Part shown: in pieces, positions 1 to 13,807 of the stretch
How positions within the stretch are numbered: position 1 is the first letter of the stretch
How the letters are laid out: each line of letters starts with the position of its first letter
Assembly: GCF_009914755.1 (NCBI RefSeq)
Contig: NC_060928.1
Length of the DNA stretch: 64,000 nucleotides
From: the human T2T-CHM13v2.0 reference genome, Homo sapiens
Direction: 5' to 3' (one strand)
Made by a program: the position numbers and the translations under genes
The notes under the pieces: generated by a model
The model's input: the letters and a program-made list of their open reading frames with translations, nothing else
What the model was told of the DNA's origin: nothing
Database searches by the model: none

Positions 1-1131
1 CAGCTTGAGCCTTGTCTTTTCATTTTCTTAATGGAGTCTTTTAAGATCAGATGTTTTAAATTTTAATAAAATCCAATTTATTATTTTCTCTCACATATCA
101 TGCTTTTGGTGTTATACACCTAAAACTCATTGCCAGTTTCAAGATCACTTAGATTTTGTCTTATATTTTACATTTTTGTGTTTTTTCTTTGTCTATTTAT
201 TCACCCATCACAATTTATTTTATCTTATTTAATGGAAGGTCCAGAGATTTATTTGAGGAGCCATATCATGCAGCACAGGGCATTCAGCAACATCTTTTCC
301 ATTCCATACCCTGCTGCTCTTCTCCTGTGACTGTTAGGAGTAATAATTATAATTCATTAAATGACATTTGTAAACTAATTAAACATTGAGATTTGTTCTT
401 CAGGATTATATTGGCTCTTCTGGGTCTTTTGTTTTTTAACATAAACTTTAGAATCCATTTTTCCATATCCACAAAATTACTTGCTTAAATTTTATTGGGA
501 TAGTGTTGACTCTACAGATCAAGTTGGAGGAAGTAACATCTTAAAAATGAGTCTTAACGTCCATGAACATGGAATATCTCTCCATTTATTTAGACTCTTT
601 GATTTCTTTCAACAGACTTTTGTATTTTTTCTCATATAGATCTTGTACGTCTTTATTAAATTGATACCCATTTTTATTGTTTTGGGTGTTAATATTAACT
701 GCATTGTGTTATTAACCTCAAATATCAATTGTTTATTTGGTAGTATATAAGAAGGCAATAAACATCCATGTATATTCGTCTTGTATCCTGGCACTTTGTT
801 ATAACAATTGACTAGTTATAGGAGTTTTATGGTCAATTATTGGGAAATTTTTGTATAAACAATCATGTCACTTGTGAATAAAGATAGTTTAGTTCTTCTT
901 TTCCAATCTGCATATATTTGTATTCCTTTTGATGTCTTATTGCTTTAACTAGCAACTCCAGTACAATGTTCAATAAGAGTATGAGAGTAAATGCCTTTGA
1001 GTTGTTCTCAGTCTTAGAGGTAAAGCATCTTTTTTTTCTCACCATTAGCTATAATGCTAGTTGCAGGGTTTTTTGTAGATGGTCTCTATCAGTTTGAGCA
1101 AGTTCTATTCCATTCCTTGTTTGCTGAGAGG

Positions 1132-1399
1132 TTTTTTTTTTTTTTTTTTTTTGAGACAGAGTCTTGTTCTGTTGCCCAGGCTGGAGTGCGGTGGTGCCAT
1201 CTCGGCTCACTGCTGTAGTCTCCGCCTCCTGGATTCAAGCGATCTCCTGCCTCACCCTCCTGAGTAGCTGGGACTGCAGGCGCAAGCCACCACACCAGGC
1301 TAATTTTTGCACTTTTAGTAGAGACGGGGTTTCACCATGTTGACCAGGAGGGTCTCGATCTCCTGACCTCGTGATCTGCCTGCCTTGGCCTCCCAAAGT
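1132..1399 (-). mobile_element. Alu (S-type), 5'-truncated
   Basis: Poly-T 1132-1152, then GAGACAGAGTCTTGTTCTGTTGCCCAGGCTGGAGTG...CCTCCCAAAGT. The Alu 5' terminus is missing. Confidence 0.95.
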
Positions 1400-3657
1400 T
1401 GCTGGGAGCTTTGATCATAAATGGGTGTTGGATTTGTCAAATGATTTTTCTGCATGTATTGATATTGTATGATTGATTCTTTATCCTGTTGACATGATAG
1501 ATTACATGAACTGATTTTCAAATGTTGAACCAGGTTTTTTTGAAAATTTCTGGGATAAATCACACTTGACTATGCTTATAATTCAATCAATTTGCTAATA
1601 TTTTGTCAAAGATTTATGCATGTATGTTCATAAGAGATATTTACTTGTAGTTTTTTTCTTGTAATGTCTTTTTATAATTTGTGTATTAATTTAATGCTAG
1701 TGTCATAAAATGAGTTAGGAAGTATTCTCTTTGTTTCTATTTTCTGGAACTGAGTGTATAGAATTTGTATAATTTCTTTCTTAAATGTTTGTCAGAATTT
1801 GCCAGTGAAACCATCTGGCTCTGATGCTTTCTGCTTTGGAAGATTATTATTTGATTTTTTAAAAAAATAGATATTGTAATATTCAGAGAATCTATTTCTC
1901 CTTGTTTAAATTTTAAAAGATCGTTCTTGTAAAAATTGGCCATCTTTATGTAAGTTAAATGATTTGTGGACATGTTACTTTGTTTCTTTATTATTCTTTT
2001 AATGTTTATGAGATCAGTAATGAAGTTCCTTCTCTATTCCTGATATTAGTTATTTATATCGTTTCTCTTTCTCTTTTTATCCTGGTTAACCTTACTAGAA
2101 ATTTACTAATCTCATTGATAATCTCAAAGAACAAACTCTTGGTTTTATTGATCTTCTCTATTAGTTTCCTATTTTCATTCTCATTAACGTCTACTCTAAT
2201 TTTTATTTATTTTATTCTGCTTAACTTAACATTGCTTTTATTTCCTTAGTTTCCTAAAAGGAACATTTAGACTGTTGATGTTAGATCTTTCTTCTTTTCC
2301 AAGATATGTAGTTAGTTATTTTAATTTTTAACTAGCATTGCATTTGCTGCATCTCATAAGTTATTATAAGTTGCATTTTGTGTTCTTTCATTCAGTTAAA
2401 ATATTTTCAATTTATTTTGAGACTTCATTCTTGACCCACATATTATTTAGAAATGTGGTATTTAATTACTAAGTATTTTGAAGTTTTCCAGCAATCTGTC
2501 TGTTATCTATTTCCAGTTTGATTTTATTGTGGTCTGAGGACATACTTTGCATGATTTCTGTTCTTATTAATTAGTTAGCCCAGAATGTGGTCTATCTTAG
2601 TGAATATTCCACATGAGAGCAATATGTATTTAGCTGCTGTTCAAAGAAGTACTCTGTAGATGTTAATCAGATCCAGTCGATGTATAATGTTGTTCAGTTA
2701 AACTATGTCCTTACTGATTCTTGTCAATTACTGATGGAGTTATGTTGAAGTCTCCAACTGTAATAATGGATTTCTCTCATTCTCTTAGTAGTTAGATCAT
2801 TTTTGCCTCATATTTTGATGCTCTGTTGTTACGTGTATACACATAAAGAATTTTAAGGGTTTTTTGAGAACTAACCCACTTATCATTATGTAATGCCCTT
2901 CTAATGCCTTGTAAATGTTCTTGCTCTGAAGTCACCTTTGTCTGAAATTAATATAGTTTCTCTAGCTTTCTTTTGATTTGTAATAGCATATCAAATATTT
3001 TTCCATTCATTTATTTTAAATCTGTGTCTTTATATTTAAAGTGGATTTCTTATAGACATCCTATGGTTGTTTTTAAAAATAATTATCCTGTCAGTCTCTG
3101 TATTTTGTTGGTATATTTAGATTGGCCTTTTTACTGGTGTATATAAATAATCACTTTAAATGGATAATGACATTTAAAGTATTTATTGATGCAGGTGGAT
3201 TGATACCTAACGTATTTTTTATTGTTTTCACTTTATTGCTTGCATTCTTAAAAAAGAGTCTTCCCTCTTTATCTTCTCTGGCTTTATATCATTACATTGT
3301 ATCTCCTCTTTTTGCATCAATTATACTTCTAAAAATTTTAAGTGTTTGCTCTAGAATTTGTAGTATACTTTTAAAACTAATTTCAAACAATACTATACAA
3401 CTTCACAAATAGTGCAGGAACCATATAGCAAGGTAGTCTCATTTCTTCTCTCTTATACCTTATAATATTGTTGGTATTCATTTTACTTACTCATTTTACT
3501 AAATACACTGTAACTATTATTATTTTGGACTGTGATCTATTAACTCAATAAAAAATAAGAAAAATAAAAGGTTTTATTTCACCTTTATTTATTTACTTTC
3601 AAATGCTGTTTCTTTCTTTATGTAGAACCAAGTTTCTGACCTCTATTATTTTCCTCC

Positions 3658-4109
3658 TGTATTAGTCCATTCTTGCATTGTTACAGAAAAATACCTGAGA
3701 CTGGGTAATGTGTAAGAAAAGAGGTTTAATTGGCTTACGGCCCTGCAGACTCTACAGGAAGCATAATGCCATTTGCTTCTGGGGAGGCCTCAGGAAGCTT
3801 CCAGTCATGGTGGAAGGCAAAGCGGGAGCAGGCATATCACATAGCAAGAACAGAAGCAAGAATGAGAGAGAGAGGAGGCAGAGGTGCCACACCTTGTACA
3901 TGACCAGATTTCACAAAAACTTACTCACTATCATGAAGACAGCACCAAGCCCTGAGGGATCTGCCACCAACACCCAAACACCTCCAACCAGGATCTCTTC
4001 CTCTTCTTATACCAGGGAGGTGTTTGGGTCATTATATTCCCCACCTCAAGCATTCAGCATTATAATTCAATGTGAAATTTGGGTGGGGACAAATATCCGA
4101 ACTATATAA
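3658..4109 (-). mobile_element. MaLR solo LTR (MST family)
   Basis: Begins TGTATTAGTCCATTCTTGCATTG...ATACCTGAGACTGGGTAAT and ends GGGTGGGGACAAATATCCGAACTATATAA, typical of MST in reverse orientation. Confidence 0.85.
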
Positions 4110-5093
4110 TCTTCTCTCTGCAAAACTTATTTTAACATTTTTTACAAGTCAAGTCTACTAGCAACATATTCCTTCAGTTTCTGTGTGAGAAAGTCTTCAA
4201 TTCTGTGTTTCTTCAATTCTGAAGGATAAATTTTCTGGATACAGACTTTTGGGTTGACTTTTTTCTTTTAATACTTTAAATATTTCATTCTACCTCCTTT
4301 TTGTTTGCAGAGTTTGTAAGCAGAAATCCCATGTGATTCTTATCTTCTTTCTCTATAGGTAATACTTTACCTTTTCCTGTGTTATTTATTTATTTATTTA
4401 TATTGCAGTTGGGATATGATATGCCCAGGAGTTGATTTTTGGAATTTATCATGCTTGTTTCTTTCTGAGTTTCCTTGATCTGGCTGTCATTAATTTTGGA
4501 AAATGCTCAGTCATTATTACTTCAGTATTTTTTCTGCATTTTTTTCTTTTTTTATCTGATACTCTCATTATGTGTATGATGCACCTTTTGTAATCACTCC
4601 ACAGGTTTTGACTCTTTGCTTTTTTATATTTTTTCTCTTTGAATTTTGGCTTGGAAGGTTTTTATTAACATACTTTTAAGCTCACTTATTATTTTCTAGA
4701 CTAAGTCCAGTTCACCAGTGAGGCCATCAAAGGCATTCTTCACTTCTGTTACAAGTGTTTTTCATTTTTAGCAATTCTTTTTGATTCTATCTTAGAGTTT
4801 CAATCTCCATTCATGGATTACCCATCTGTTCTTGGTGTTTATGCACTTTTTCCCCATAAGATCCCTGAGCATATTAATTATTGTTATCTTAAATACCCTG
4901 TATGATAATGCCAAATTATCTACTGTATTTGAGTATGTTTATAATGCTTTCTTTGTCTCTTTAAATTATTTCTTTTTTCCTATTTTTTTTTAACCATGAC
5001 TAGTTATGTTTTGTCCACAGCTTAACATGATGTATCAGGTAGTACAAACTGACATAAATAGGCGTTTGGTGTGCAATATTTATGTTTATCTTG

Positions 5094-5443
5094 TATATTA
5101 ATCTTCTAAGGACCCCATAACAATAGGCCATAGACCGAGTGGCTTAAGCAGCAGAAAACAACTATTTTTATCAAAGTAATAGAGGCTAGACATCCAAGAT
5201 CAAGGTGTTGGCAAGTTTGGTTTCTTCAGAGACCTCCCTTTTTGTCTTGCAGACAGCTACCTTCTCACTGAGTCCTTATGTGGCCCTTCCTCTCTGAGTG
5301 CACATCCCGGGAGTCTCCTCCTCTTCATACAAGTCATATTCAAATAGGGGTCCAGCTTTGTGTCCTCATTTAACGTTAATAACCTACATAGGCCCTTTCA
5401 CCAAACACAGTCACATTGGGAGTGACACAATTCAGTCCAGAAC
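5094..5443 (-). mobile_element. MaLR solo LTR (MLT1 family)
   Basis: GTGGCTTAAGCAGCAGAAA, GAGGCTAGACATCCAAGATCAAGGTGTTGGCAAG and GACACAATTCAGTCCA are MLT1-like blocks. Confidence 0.75.
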
Positions 5444-6364
5444 TGGCAGCTAGGGGTTAGGCTCTGTTAAATATTTCCTGTATCTGTAGGCGTTAGAGAC
5501 TTCAGTTTCCCTGGTTCCTTGTATTTTTCACCGCTGTAGTCTCTGGGTTTCCCTGGGAATCTTTTCTTAAATGGAGTCTGTGTTACACAGCACTCTCAGT
5601 GGTAATACCCTGTTGTAAGCCTGGAGACATCTTGTGGTAGCAAGATAAGTACAGAAAGTGCTCTTATGATTAAAGCTCTATTTGTTTTCCTGTTTGCTTG
5701 TTATTTTGGAGGACCAGGGTCTTTGAGCCATGACCTTCAAAAGCGTTCCTGGCCCTCTCTTTTTTATCTCCTTGTGTTAAGTGTAGAGGGACTACAGCTG
5801 GCTATTTGCCCTTTCCCATCTCATATAAGACTTTGGTAAACAGTTCCTCTTGAGGGCTGACCTTTACAGAGAACAGAAGAATGGAATGGCGAACATAGCA
5901 TAGAGAGCTTGGGGCTTATTTTAAAAGGGTTGCTTTTCACCTCTTACTGTCAGAAATATAAGTAAATTTACCTTAGACTTTCACAGTAAAGACCTGGTGG
6001 GGCTCCTAGAGGTAAAACTCTTGAAAGCATGGGGTTGGGGAGGCACCTAAGATTTGCCTCTCCCCTGTAGATTTTAGCTCTCAAACTAAGTCTGAACTGC
6101 CGGCAATTATTCAGTTTGGTGTTCTTTCTGGCCCTGGCTTCAGGAGCTGCTTCTGCTCTCAGTAAGTTATGATTCTCTGCATCTCTGCCTCTTTCTTCAG
6201 TTTTCTGGGAAGCAGTTTGCACGATGACTTCAATTTCATGATGATTCTAAGAGTAATTTTGTTTCTTAGTTTATTTAACTTATTCTCTTTTTGTGAGAAT
6301 GGAAGTGGGGACTTCAAACTCTTTACTTTTTGGAGTGAAAATGTAAGTGTGGAAATACTTGTGT

Positions 6365-6672
6365 TTTTTTGGTTTTGTTTTTTGTTTTTTTGGGAGATAG
6401 GGTCTCACTCTGTTGCCCAGGCTGGAGTGCAGTGGCATGGTCATGGTGGCTCACTGCAGCCTGGACATCCTCAGCTCAAGCAATCCTCCCCTGTCAACCT
6501 CCTAAGCAGCTGGAACTACAGAACATGCCACCATGCCCGGCTAGTTTTAAATTTTTTGTGGAGATGGAGTCTCACTATGTTGCTTAGGCTGGTCTCAAAT
6601 TCCTGGGCTTACTAATCCTGCTTTGGCCTCTCAAAGTCTTGGGATTACACGTGTGAGCCACCACATCTGTCC
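6365..6672 (-). mobile_element. Alu (J-type, old)
   Basis: Degenerate T-tail, GGGTCTCACTCTGTTGCCCAGGCTGGAGTGCAGTGG, CTCAAGCAATCCTCCC, GGATTACACGTGTGAGCCACC. Confidence 0.92.
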
Positions 6673-7520
6673 TCAAACACATTTTGTTCCCTCCAGAAAT
6701 TTTCCTGCAATCTAAATTTAATGACTCTCTTTATCTATCACAACTTGGCTGCATACTCTCCCATGATCAAAAAGCCATATTCTATTATTTCTAAAATGGA
6801 TGATAAGCACATGATCTAAAAAATAGTATGAAAGCTAATGCTTGATAATAGTATAATGAACGGGCTTTCTGAGAGGTATTTATAACACCACATTTGTATC
6901 AACTATTGTAATGAGAATTTTAGGAATGATACCAGCAGACACAGACAGACAATATAAATTTCTTTAATACAAGCAAAGAACATGGTTTATTAGAGACACA
7001 CAGCTTCCCAGAGCAAGAGACAGACATTTCCTCAGTTACAGAGTCTCCTTAGCAAACAAACCAATACTGGCGTTCCACAGCTAATGATATCATCTGATGA
7101 AGTCAATTATGATGTCTTGCTTCATAGTATATACTTTTATCTGCTTTAATATAATGATATTGTATGCAAATGAACTCTGTGAAAAGATAGAGAGCAGGGA
7201 TCAGAGAGTGGCATTCCATTAGGAGATTATCTTATAGAAAAAGTCATGAGGAACCTGGAAATAGTGATGGTGATAGTCTTTGAAATTTTCTTGTTTACAA
7301 TGTACAATATTTTCCGTATATTATTCTCATTGTTTCCTCTAAGCATTCTTTAATGAAGACTGGACATAAATTACTAGTCTTATATGGAGATGAGCAACTG
7401 AAGTACAGGTTGCCAAGGAATTTACTCAAGGTCTTCAAATTAGCAATCCAAATCAAAGACCTGCACAGAAGGCCATATGTATGTCTATCACTCTGTGATG
7501 GATTGTGCAGCCTCTGCATG

Positions 7521-7618
7521 TAGAAAAGGAAAAGGAAACAAAAAGAAGGAAAGAAGAAAGGAAGGAAGGGAGGAAAGAAAATAGGGAAACAAAGAAAGAG
7601 ATAAAGAGAAAAAATGAG
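7521..7618. repeat. Purine-rich (GAAA/GGAA-like) low-complexity tract
   Basis: Almost pure A/G run, e.g. AAAAGAAGGAAAGAAGAAAGGAAGGAAGGGAGGAAAG. Confidence 0.85.
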
Positions 7619-8474
7619 CAAATTAAATGTTCCAAATGCTGAACATTATTGAATGTTCCAGCTGCTGAAAGGATTCTGAGGCCAATAGCACAACTAAAAA
7701 CTGCTGTTGTGGTGTTCATTTTCATTTTAGTTCAGCAGAATAGGCTCACTCTGTTTCTGGTTACCTACTGAAGCTTTGCAAGTATAGGTATTTCATATAG
7801 GCTTTAGATAAATATGACTTCTAATAACTAATTTTTCTATACATGCTTTAAAAATTATCAGTGAGGCAAAGCATTTAACACAGTATATTATGTTAATGTT
7901 ATAGATGCGATTTAGTATTTCCCTGAAGCAAATCACTGAGGGTGATTTCCACCCAAAATTCTTGACAATTCTTGGATGCATAATAGGAATTCAGATGAAA
8001 CATCAGTTAAAAGAGTCTTGTGTGATACTCTCACTAAAATAAACCTCAGTTGGCACAACCTAAGTAATAAAAAGCTAGGTTTAGAATAACTATCAGATTA
8101 ATGGCTTATGAATGTTAAAACCTCATGGTTTTCATTCCCTTTAGAATGAATATAGAGAAAGTAGACAGAATGTTGGCCTCTATCTTTGACAAGAGATCTT
8201 ATATATTACCTTCCATTATTAACATACAAATACTTAAGTTCTCCTATTTTTAAACTAGATACTATAATGCAAACACCCGTACTTTTGAAAAGTGATATGG
8301 TAGGGTTTAAAAAATATTTATCATATACTCAGTTCATCAGACCAGGATGCTATGTGATGTCTACAACAATTTTTAAATAACACCATGTACTAAAGCTCTA
8401 GACATTTGCTTGATTCCAGGTGTCTTTGTAAATCTACATGAAATATAAGATCACATGCCATCTTTATCTTATAT

Positions 8475-8698
8475 CAGGTGTGGAGAAAATACTGCACACT
8501 GAGGAAATACTGCTCTCCACTTCCTGTACTTATAAATAAAGGCTTTTGGGAGCACAGTAAACATTCATTCATTTATGTATCATTTATAGCTGCTGTCCCT
8601 CTACAAAGCAGAATAGAATAGTGGTGATAGAGACTACATGGAATGCAAAGCCTGAACTTTTTGCTATTTGACCATTTACAGAAAAGGTTCCCAGCCTA
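8475..8698 (+). mobile_element. MER58A-like hAT DNA transposon fossil
   Basis: TAAATAAAGGCTTTTGGGAGCACAG...CATTCATTTATGTAT...GCAAAGCCTGAA...CCATTTACAGAAAAGGTT resembles the MER58A consensus as I recall it. Confidence 0.7.
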
Positions 8699-9075
8699 AA
8701 TCTTATGTTTTCACTGCTATTTACCATTTCTAACCTTCGTTCAAGTTTTTCATCGTATTTAAAATATTTTCATCCTTCAAGAAAAACAAATACATAAACA
8801 AACCTCCTGAAATAGAAAGCAAAGCATGGTACTTTTTCCTTTGTGTTGTTTTCTACTATACACATGACTAATGATTCAACAGTTCATTTTCTAAGCACCC
8901 CTTCTATGTTAGAGCCCATCATAGGTGCATTACATATATTCTTTTTTATCCTCAAACGAGAAGGAGATAAGCAGAAAACAAAATCTACTTTCATGTGGTA
9001 AAGTAGTAAAAAATAATATAGGCCCACCTAGAAAAATAATTTTTTTCTCTTTATGGAAGTCTATAAGAACGTATT

Positions 9076-9836
9076 TATATATGTCTTCTATTTTATATGT
9101 GCAAGCATTACATATATACGTATATATATACGTATATACGTGTATACGTATATATATACGTATATATACGTATATATGTGTATACGTATATATATACGTG
9201 TATATATGTGTATACGTATATATACGTATATATATACGTGTATACGTATATATATACGTATATATACGTATATATACGTGTATACGTATATATACGTATA
9301 TATATGTATATATACGTGTATACGTATATATACGTATATGTAATGCTTGCACATATAAAATAGCAGACATATATATGTATATATGTACATATATATACGT
9401 ATATACGTATATACACGTACATATACGTATATACACGTATATATACGTATATACGTACATATACGTATATATACGTACATATACGTATATATACGTGTAT
9501 ATACGTACATATACGTATATATACGTGTATATACGTATATATACGTGTATATATGTGTATATACGTATATATACACATATATACGTGTATATACGTATAT
9601 ATGTATACATATGTATGTATCTGTACATATACACATGTATGTATATACATATGTATGTATATACATACATGTGTATATGTATATACGTATATATACGTAT
9701 ATATGTACGTATATACGTATATACGTACGTATATACGTATATACGTACATATATACGTATATACGTACATATATACGTATATACGTACATATATACGTAT
9801 ATATACGTATATACATGTATATATACGTATATATCT
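9076..9836. repeat. Compound (TA)n/(TATACG)n/(TATG)n microsatellite with an internal inverted copy of its flank
   Basis: About 760 bp of alternating pyrimidine-purine sequence (TATATACGTATATACG...). 9335-9375 is the reverse complement of 9076-9116. Confidence 0.97.
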
Positions 9837-12024
9837 AGACTTGCAATGCTCCAATTCTTGCCTAGATATGGTTTTGTATCCTTATTTCGTACTCTACAGG
9901 GCATTAACATTAACCTGTTTCCCAAAGCCAGAAATACAGGTTATAATTTTAACTGCATTTCCCAAACACCTCTCATACCATATTATCTCTCATGTCTAAT
10001 TGATTTTATCTTTTAAAGCTTTTTTTTCCCCACTTCAACTACTGCCATTGCTCAGACGCTAGGGAAGCCTTATGGATTTCCATAGCATTTGTTGATGGTG
10101 GTGGTGGTGTTTGATCTAGTCTTATTCCCCCATCCATATTATGGGTACAGAAACCACTCCCCTTTTGGGGGAAGTTCTCTTTCTCTCTCCTCTTATCTTC
10201 ACACTTTGAAGTTCATTTGAGAGCTGCTATCTTCCAATATAACCTTGTCTTCCTGGCCTCAGTAATTGCATGAGAAATGAGAAAGTCACCCAATCTGAAC
10301 CTATCACAGTGTGCTAAATCCTTACTCACCAGAGGAGCTTGAAGGGTGGTCATGGAACAACTTTAAATTCTTTCTTTTTAACTTTCTGACCTGACTTGGG
10401 TTATTCCCAATTGGCAAAGTTAGGGAGACACTGGACAAGACACTGTTGTCAACACTGATTCCTGCCTTTGTAAAAAAGGTCTGCAATAAGACCACCTGAA
10501 GCTTGCATGTAGAGACTAGCAGAAGTAATGCATTTAATTGTCTAAGTTCCCTCCCACATCAGCCCTGCCTTATTTATTCTTTTCTCAAAGTTTGGTTATA
10601 AGGGTCTAAATATTTCCATCATTTGCTTAAACTATCTCAAATTTTAAATAGTTTTTCATAATAGAAAATAAGGGAACAGAACCACCTTCAATTCAAATTT
10701 GGTTTGTATAACTTGCAACTAAAATGATTCAAATTTATATTCTCTTCAATATTGCCTTGAATTTGCATAAATCTCACACCCTAAATGTTGTTAAGGTTGT
10801 CTATCTGATTTCCTATTGAAATATTCAATGCTGCATTAAAATTGTCAGATAAAGTTATATTCTGTGGTTTATAGACTTTCCAATATTTCACCTTATTTTC
10901 AGCCACTTTTGCCTGAACATTTTACAGGTCGCAGTTTCCAAAATACATCATGCTATTTTATACCACAGTTTTTCTAAATTAAAATGCCCATTTTTTTAAC
11001 CTTTTTAAAACTAATTCCTACTCATCCTCCAAAACTCAGTTCAGTGTCCACTTCTCTAGGAAAATTCTCATGACCTTCCCTATTTTAAGTTGGGCTACAT
11101 ACCTCACAAAATGTGTATGTATTCCCATAGGAAACTGTACCTATATGTACATATATGCATATATGCTGGCTGCATCAGTTAGAATGCCAGTTAATTCTAG
11201 TATCTCTCCATGTCTTATTCATCTTCGGCATGATAGCCTGAACTTGAGACTGAGATGGCATTTATTCTGCTTATTGAAGTAAACCGAGTGTGTATAAGTG
11301 TCCCCAAGGATACTTTTCTAAAATTCAGCTTCTGAGGTTTCAATTTTTTACATGCTGGTTTAGTAGGTGTGGGTTGGAATTCAAGAATAGATACTTTCTA
11401 CAAGTACTGTAAAGTACTTGTTCTGAAGGTTATTCTTTACAGTATTAAAAAGAGAATGATAAAATAGATCATGCAACTGAACTCTTCTTTTAACCATCAA
11501 ACTGGGCCTCATTATAACACAGAATAAGAAACAGAACCATTTTTAATTGGAAATCATGCTATGTAAATTTACCAGGGTAAATTACATCTTACACTGTAGA
11601 ATATGTTTCTGGTATTAAAAGTGGTTCATTATATGAGTTCCAATTGTTTTATTACATTTATAAAAATCTAAGCACATAGACATATCAAAAAAGTACTTTA
11701 GAAAAATCCCAAAGTGAGGGTATTGACATTGATAACTTGAGTAAATGTATCTTTTCTCACATAACACCAAGATATTTCATTAATCAATTAATCGTTTTCT
11801 TGGGAAAGATAAGTTTTTTTGACTTGTATGTGTATCTATTTAACATATCTAAACAGCAAAATATATTTTTGGTGAAGACATATGGAACTAGCTAAAATTT
11901 AAATTTTATTTCTCAGAAGTTGGTAAAGTTCAAATTCAAGAGGGAAATGATACATATACAGAAGATTAACTTAATTAACCCTGTCTGAGCACGAAGTCTT
12001 GTTAAACCCCGATACAAAAGTAAA

Positions 12025-12360
12025 TCAATGAACAGGTAGAACACAGAGGATTTTTAGGACAGATAACTTACTCCATGTACCATAATGGTGAATCCATGTC
12101 ATTATAAATTCATCTAAACCCATAAAATATTTAGCAATAAGAGTGAACCCTAATGTAAACTACGAACTTTGGGTGAGCATGCTTCGTCAATGTAGGTTCG
12201 TCAACGATAGTAAAGATAACGCTCTGGTGGAGGATGTTGACAATGGAGAGTTTATGCATTTGTAGGGGCCAGGGATGTATAGGAAATCTCTGTACCTTCC
12301 ACTCAATTTTGCTGTTAACCTAAAACTGCTCTAAAAATAAAGTCTATTAAAAAACAAAAG
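12025..12360 (+). mobile_element. LINE-1 3' end (L1MC-type)
   Basis: AGAGTGAACCCTAATGTAAACTACGAACTTTGGGTG...GGAAATCTCTGTACCTTCCACTCAATTTTGCTG...AATAAAGTCTATTAAAAAA. Confidence 0.8.
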
Positions 12361-12934
12361 AAACAGATTATTTGGCTTTTTTATTTCTGTAATAATGCTA
12401 TTATACTCAGCCCAACAAACAGAGTACATATTTGGCTTAAGAAGGACTTGATGATAAGTACACTGCATGTAGTCAAACCTTAGTTCATGGTAGTAAATTA
12501 ACTTTTAAAAATCTTAATTGTAATAAATTCAATGTTATAGAAATACATTTGCTAAACTTTTATTTCCTTTAGTGAGCAATTTTTATAGTTGACTGAATTA
12601 GCTGGATATATTTTAAATTATGTGTTTGATATGCTGTCAAACATTATCACAAACAGGTCTTCTAACATAATATTAGTCACAACATTTCAATTTAAAAGAG
12701 AATTTTTAGTAATACTTTGTCCATAAACTAAGAGTACACACATCTTATGTTGAAGGCATAGGCATGACCCAGAAAACACATGTTGATATATTTCTGGAGC
12801 TAAGGCCTAGAGTTTAGGTGGTAATTACATATCTAAAATATCTTTGGTCTGACCTTGTCAAGATTGATCCGGAAAAGTCAATCTTCCTCTGGAGCAAATA
12901 CCTTAAAACCACAGATCAGAAAATACTTTAGATT

Positions 12935-13060
12935 CATATAGGCTTAGATTTAAATATTAGCTCTGCTTATTACTAGCTGATTAATTAACCTCCTCGGGCT
13001 TTTCCCATCTGAAAATAATATTTGCTCTCTTGCTGAGATCTTGTGAGCATCACATATATC
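12935..13060 (+). mobile_element. MIR fragment
   Basis: GCTCTGCTTATTACTAGCTG...TTAACCTCCTCGGGCTTTTCCCATCTGAAAAT is a degenerate MIR core. Confidence 0.5.
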
Positions 13061-13807
13061 TAGTATAAAACATGGCCCAAAGCCCTGCAAATACTAGACA
13101 CAGTCAGAGTAACCCTAGTTTTTTTTTTTTCTATCTTAGTAATCCACTATACATTAACATAGCTAAAAAAGTAAGAAATGTTATAATAATTATTACATGT
13201 ATCTTTATAACTTGTTTTTGAATTCACTTTCTTTTAGAGTCATGAATCACCTAATATGATTGCAGCTGTTTCATTTCACTCTGCTGTAAGATATATTATA
13301 ATCAATCAAATTGACAGCCTGAACTCTGTCCTGTTGTTCTTTGGGCCTGAAATCCACCTGGTGTCCTGTTGGCATTAAAGCTGTCATGCTAGGTACCCAT
13401 AAAAAATGTTTAAATAAAAGCCATAAAAGATAGCCACAATGTTGATACCTCTAAAAAAACTTTGTGTGCCTCCATTTAACTATTTTGTTTTGTTTTGTTT
13501 TTGTAGTTGGTCCAGCTTCTTGTTCTTATCTACTAGAGGTTGGGTCTGATAGGATGTCATGTGTACTGCAAGCGCAAGTTTACTCAAATTGTTTATAAAG
13601 ATAATTTAAAATACACACATATCGTTTGGAAAAATTAATTGACATTATCTGAGAAAAACTGAATTTTAAAATCACTGCTGCGTCTGATGAGAATAAACAA
13701 TTGTCATCGCTCCTACAATTTCAAATAAAGAATAAAAAGATAAATAAAATGAATGGTTGAAAAAATAAAATAAACTTTCTGCATCTAATTTAATTAATGA
13801 TGTTAAA

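Larger units (their letters stand above)
1..6355 (-). mobile_element. Old LINE-1 (L1M-type) ORF2/ORF1/5' remnants, interrupted by Alu, MST and MLT1 insertions
   Basis: T-rich + strand with L1 ORF2-like minus-strand translations (LLLNIVLELLVKAIRHQKEYKYMQIGKEEL; YKINIH-like MPGYKTNIHG). Boundaries are approximate. Confidence 0.8.

Noticed and set aside
9112-9836. Possible CRISPR-like repeat-spacer array
   Set aside because: No constant repeat with unique spacers, no cas genes, and the context is primate genomic DNA.
8925-10016. Long ORFs on both strands (up to 363 aa) rich in Y/I/V/R/T
   Set aside because: Translation artefacts of the TATACG microsatellite, which lacks stop codons in most frames.
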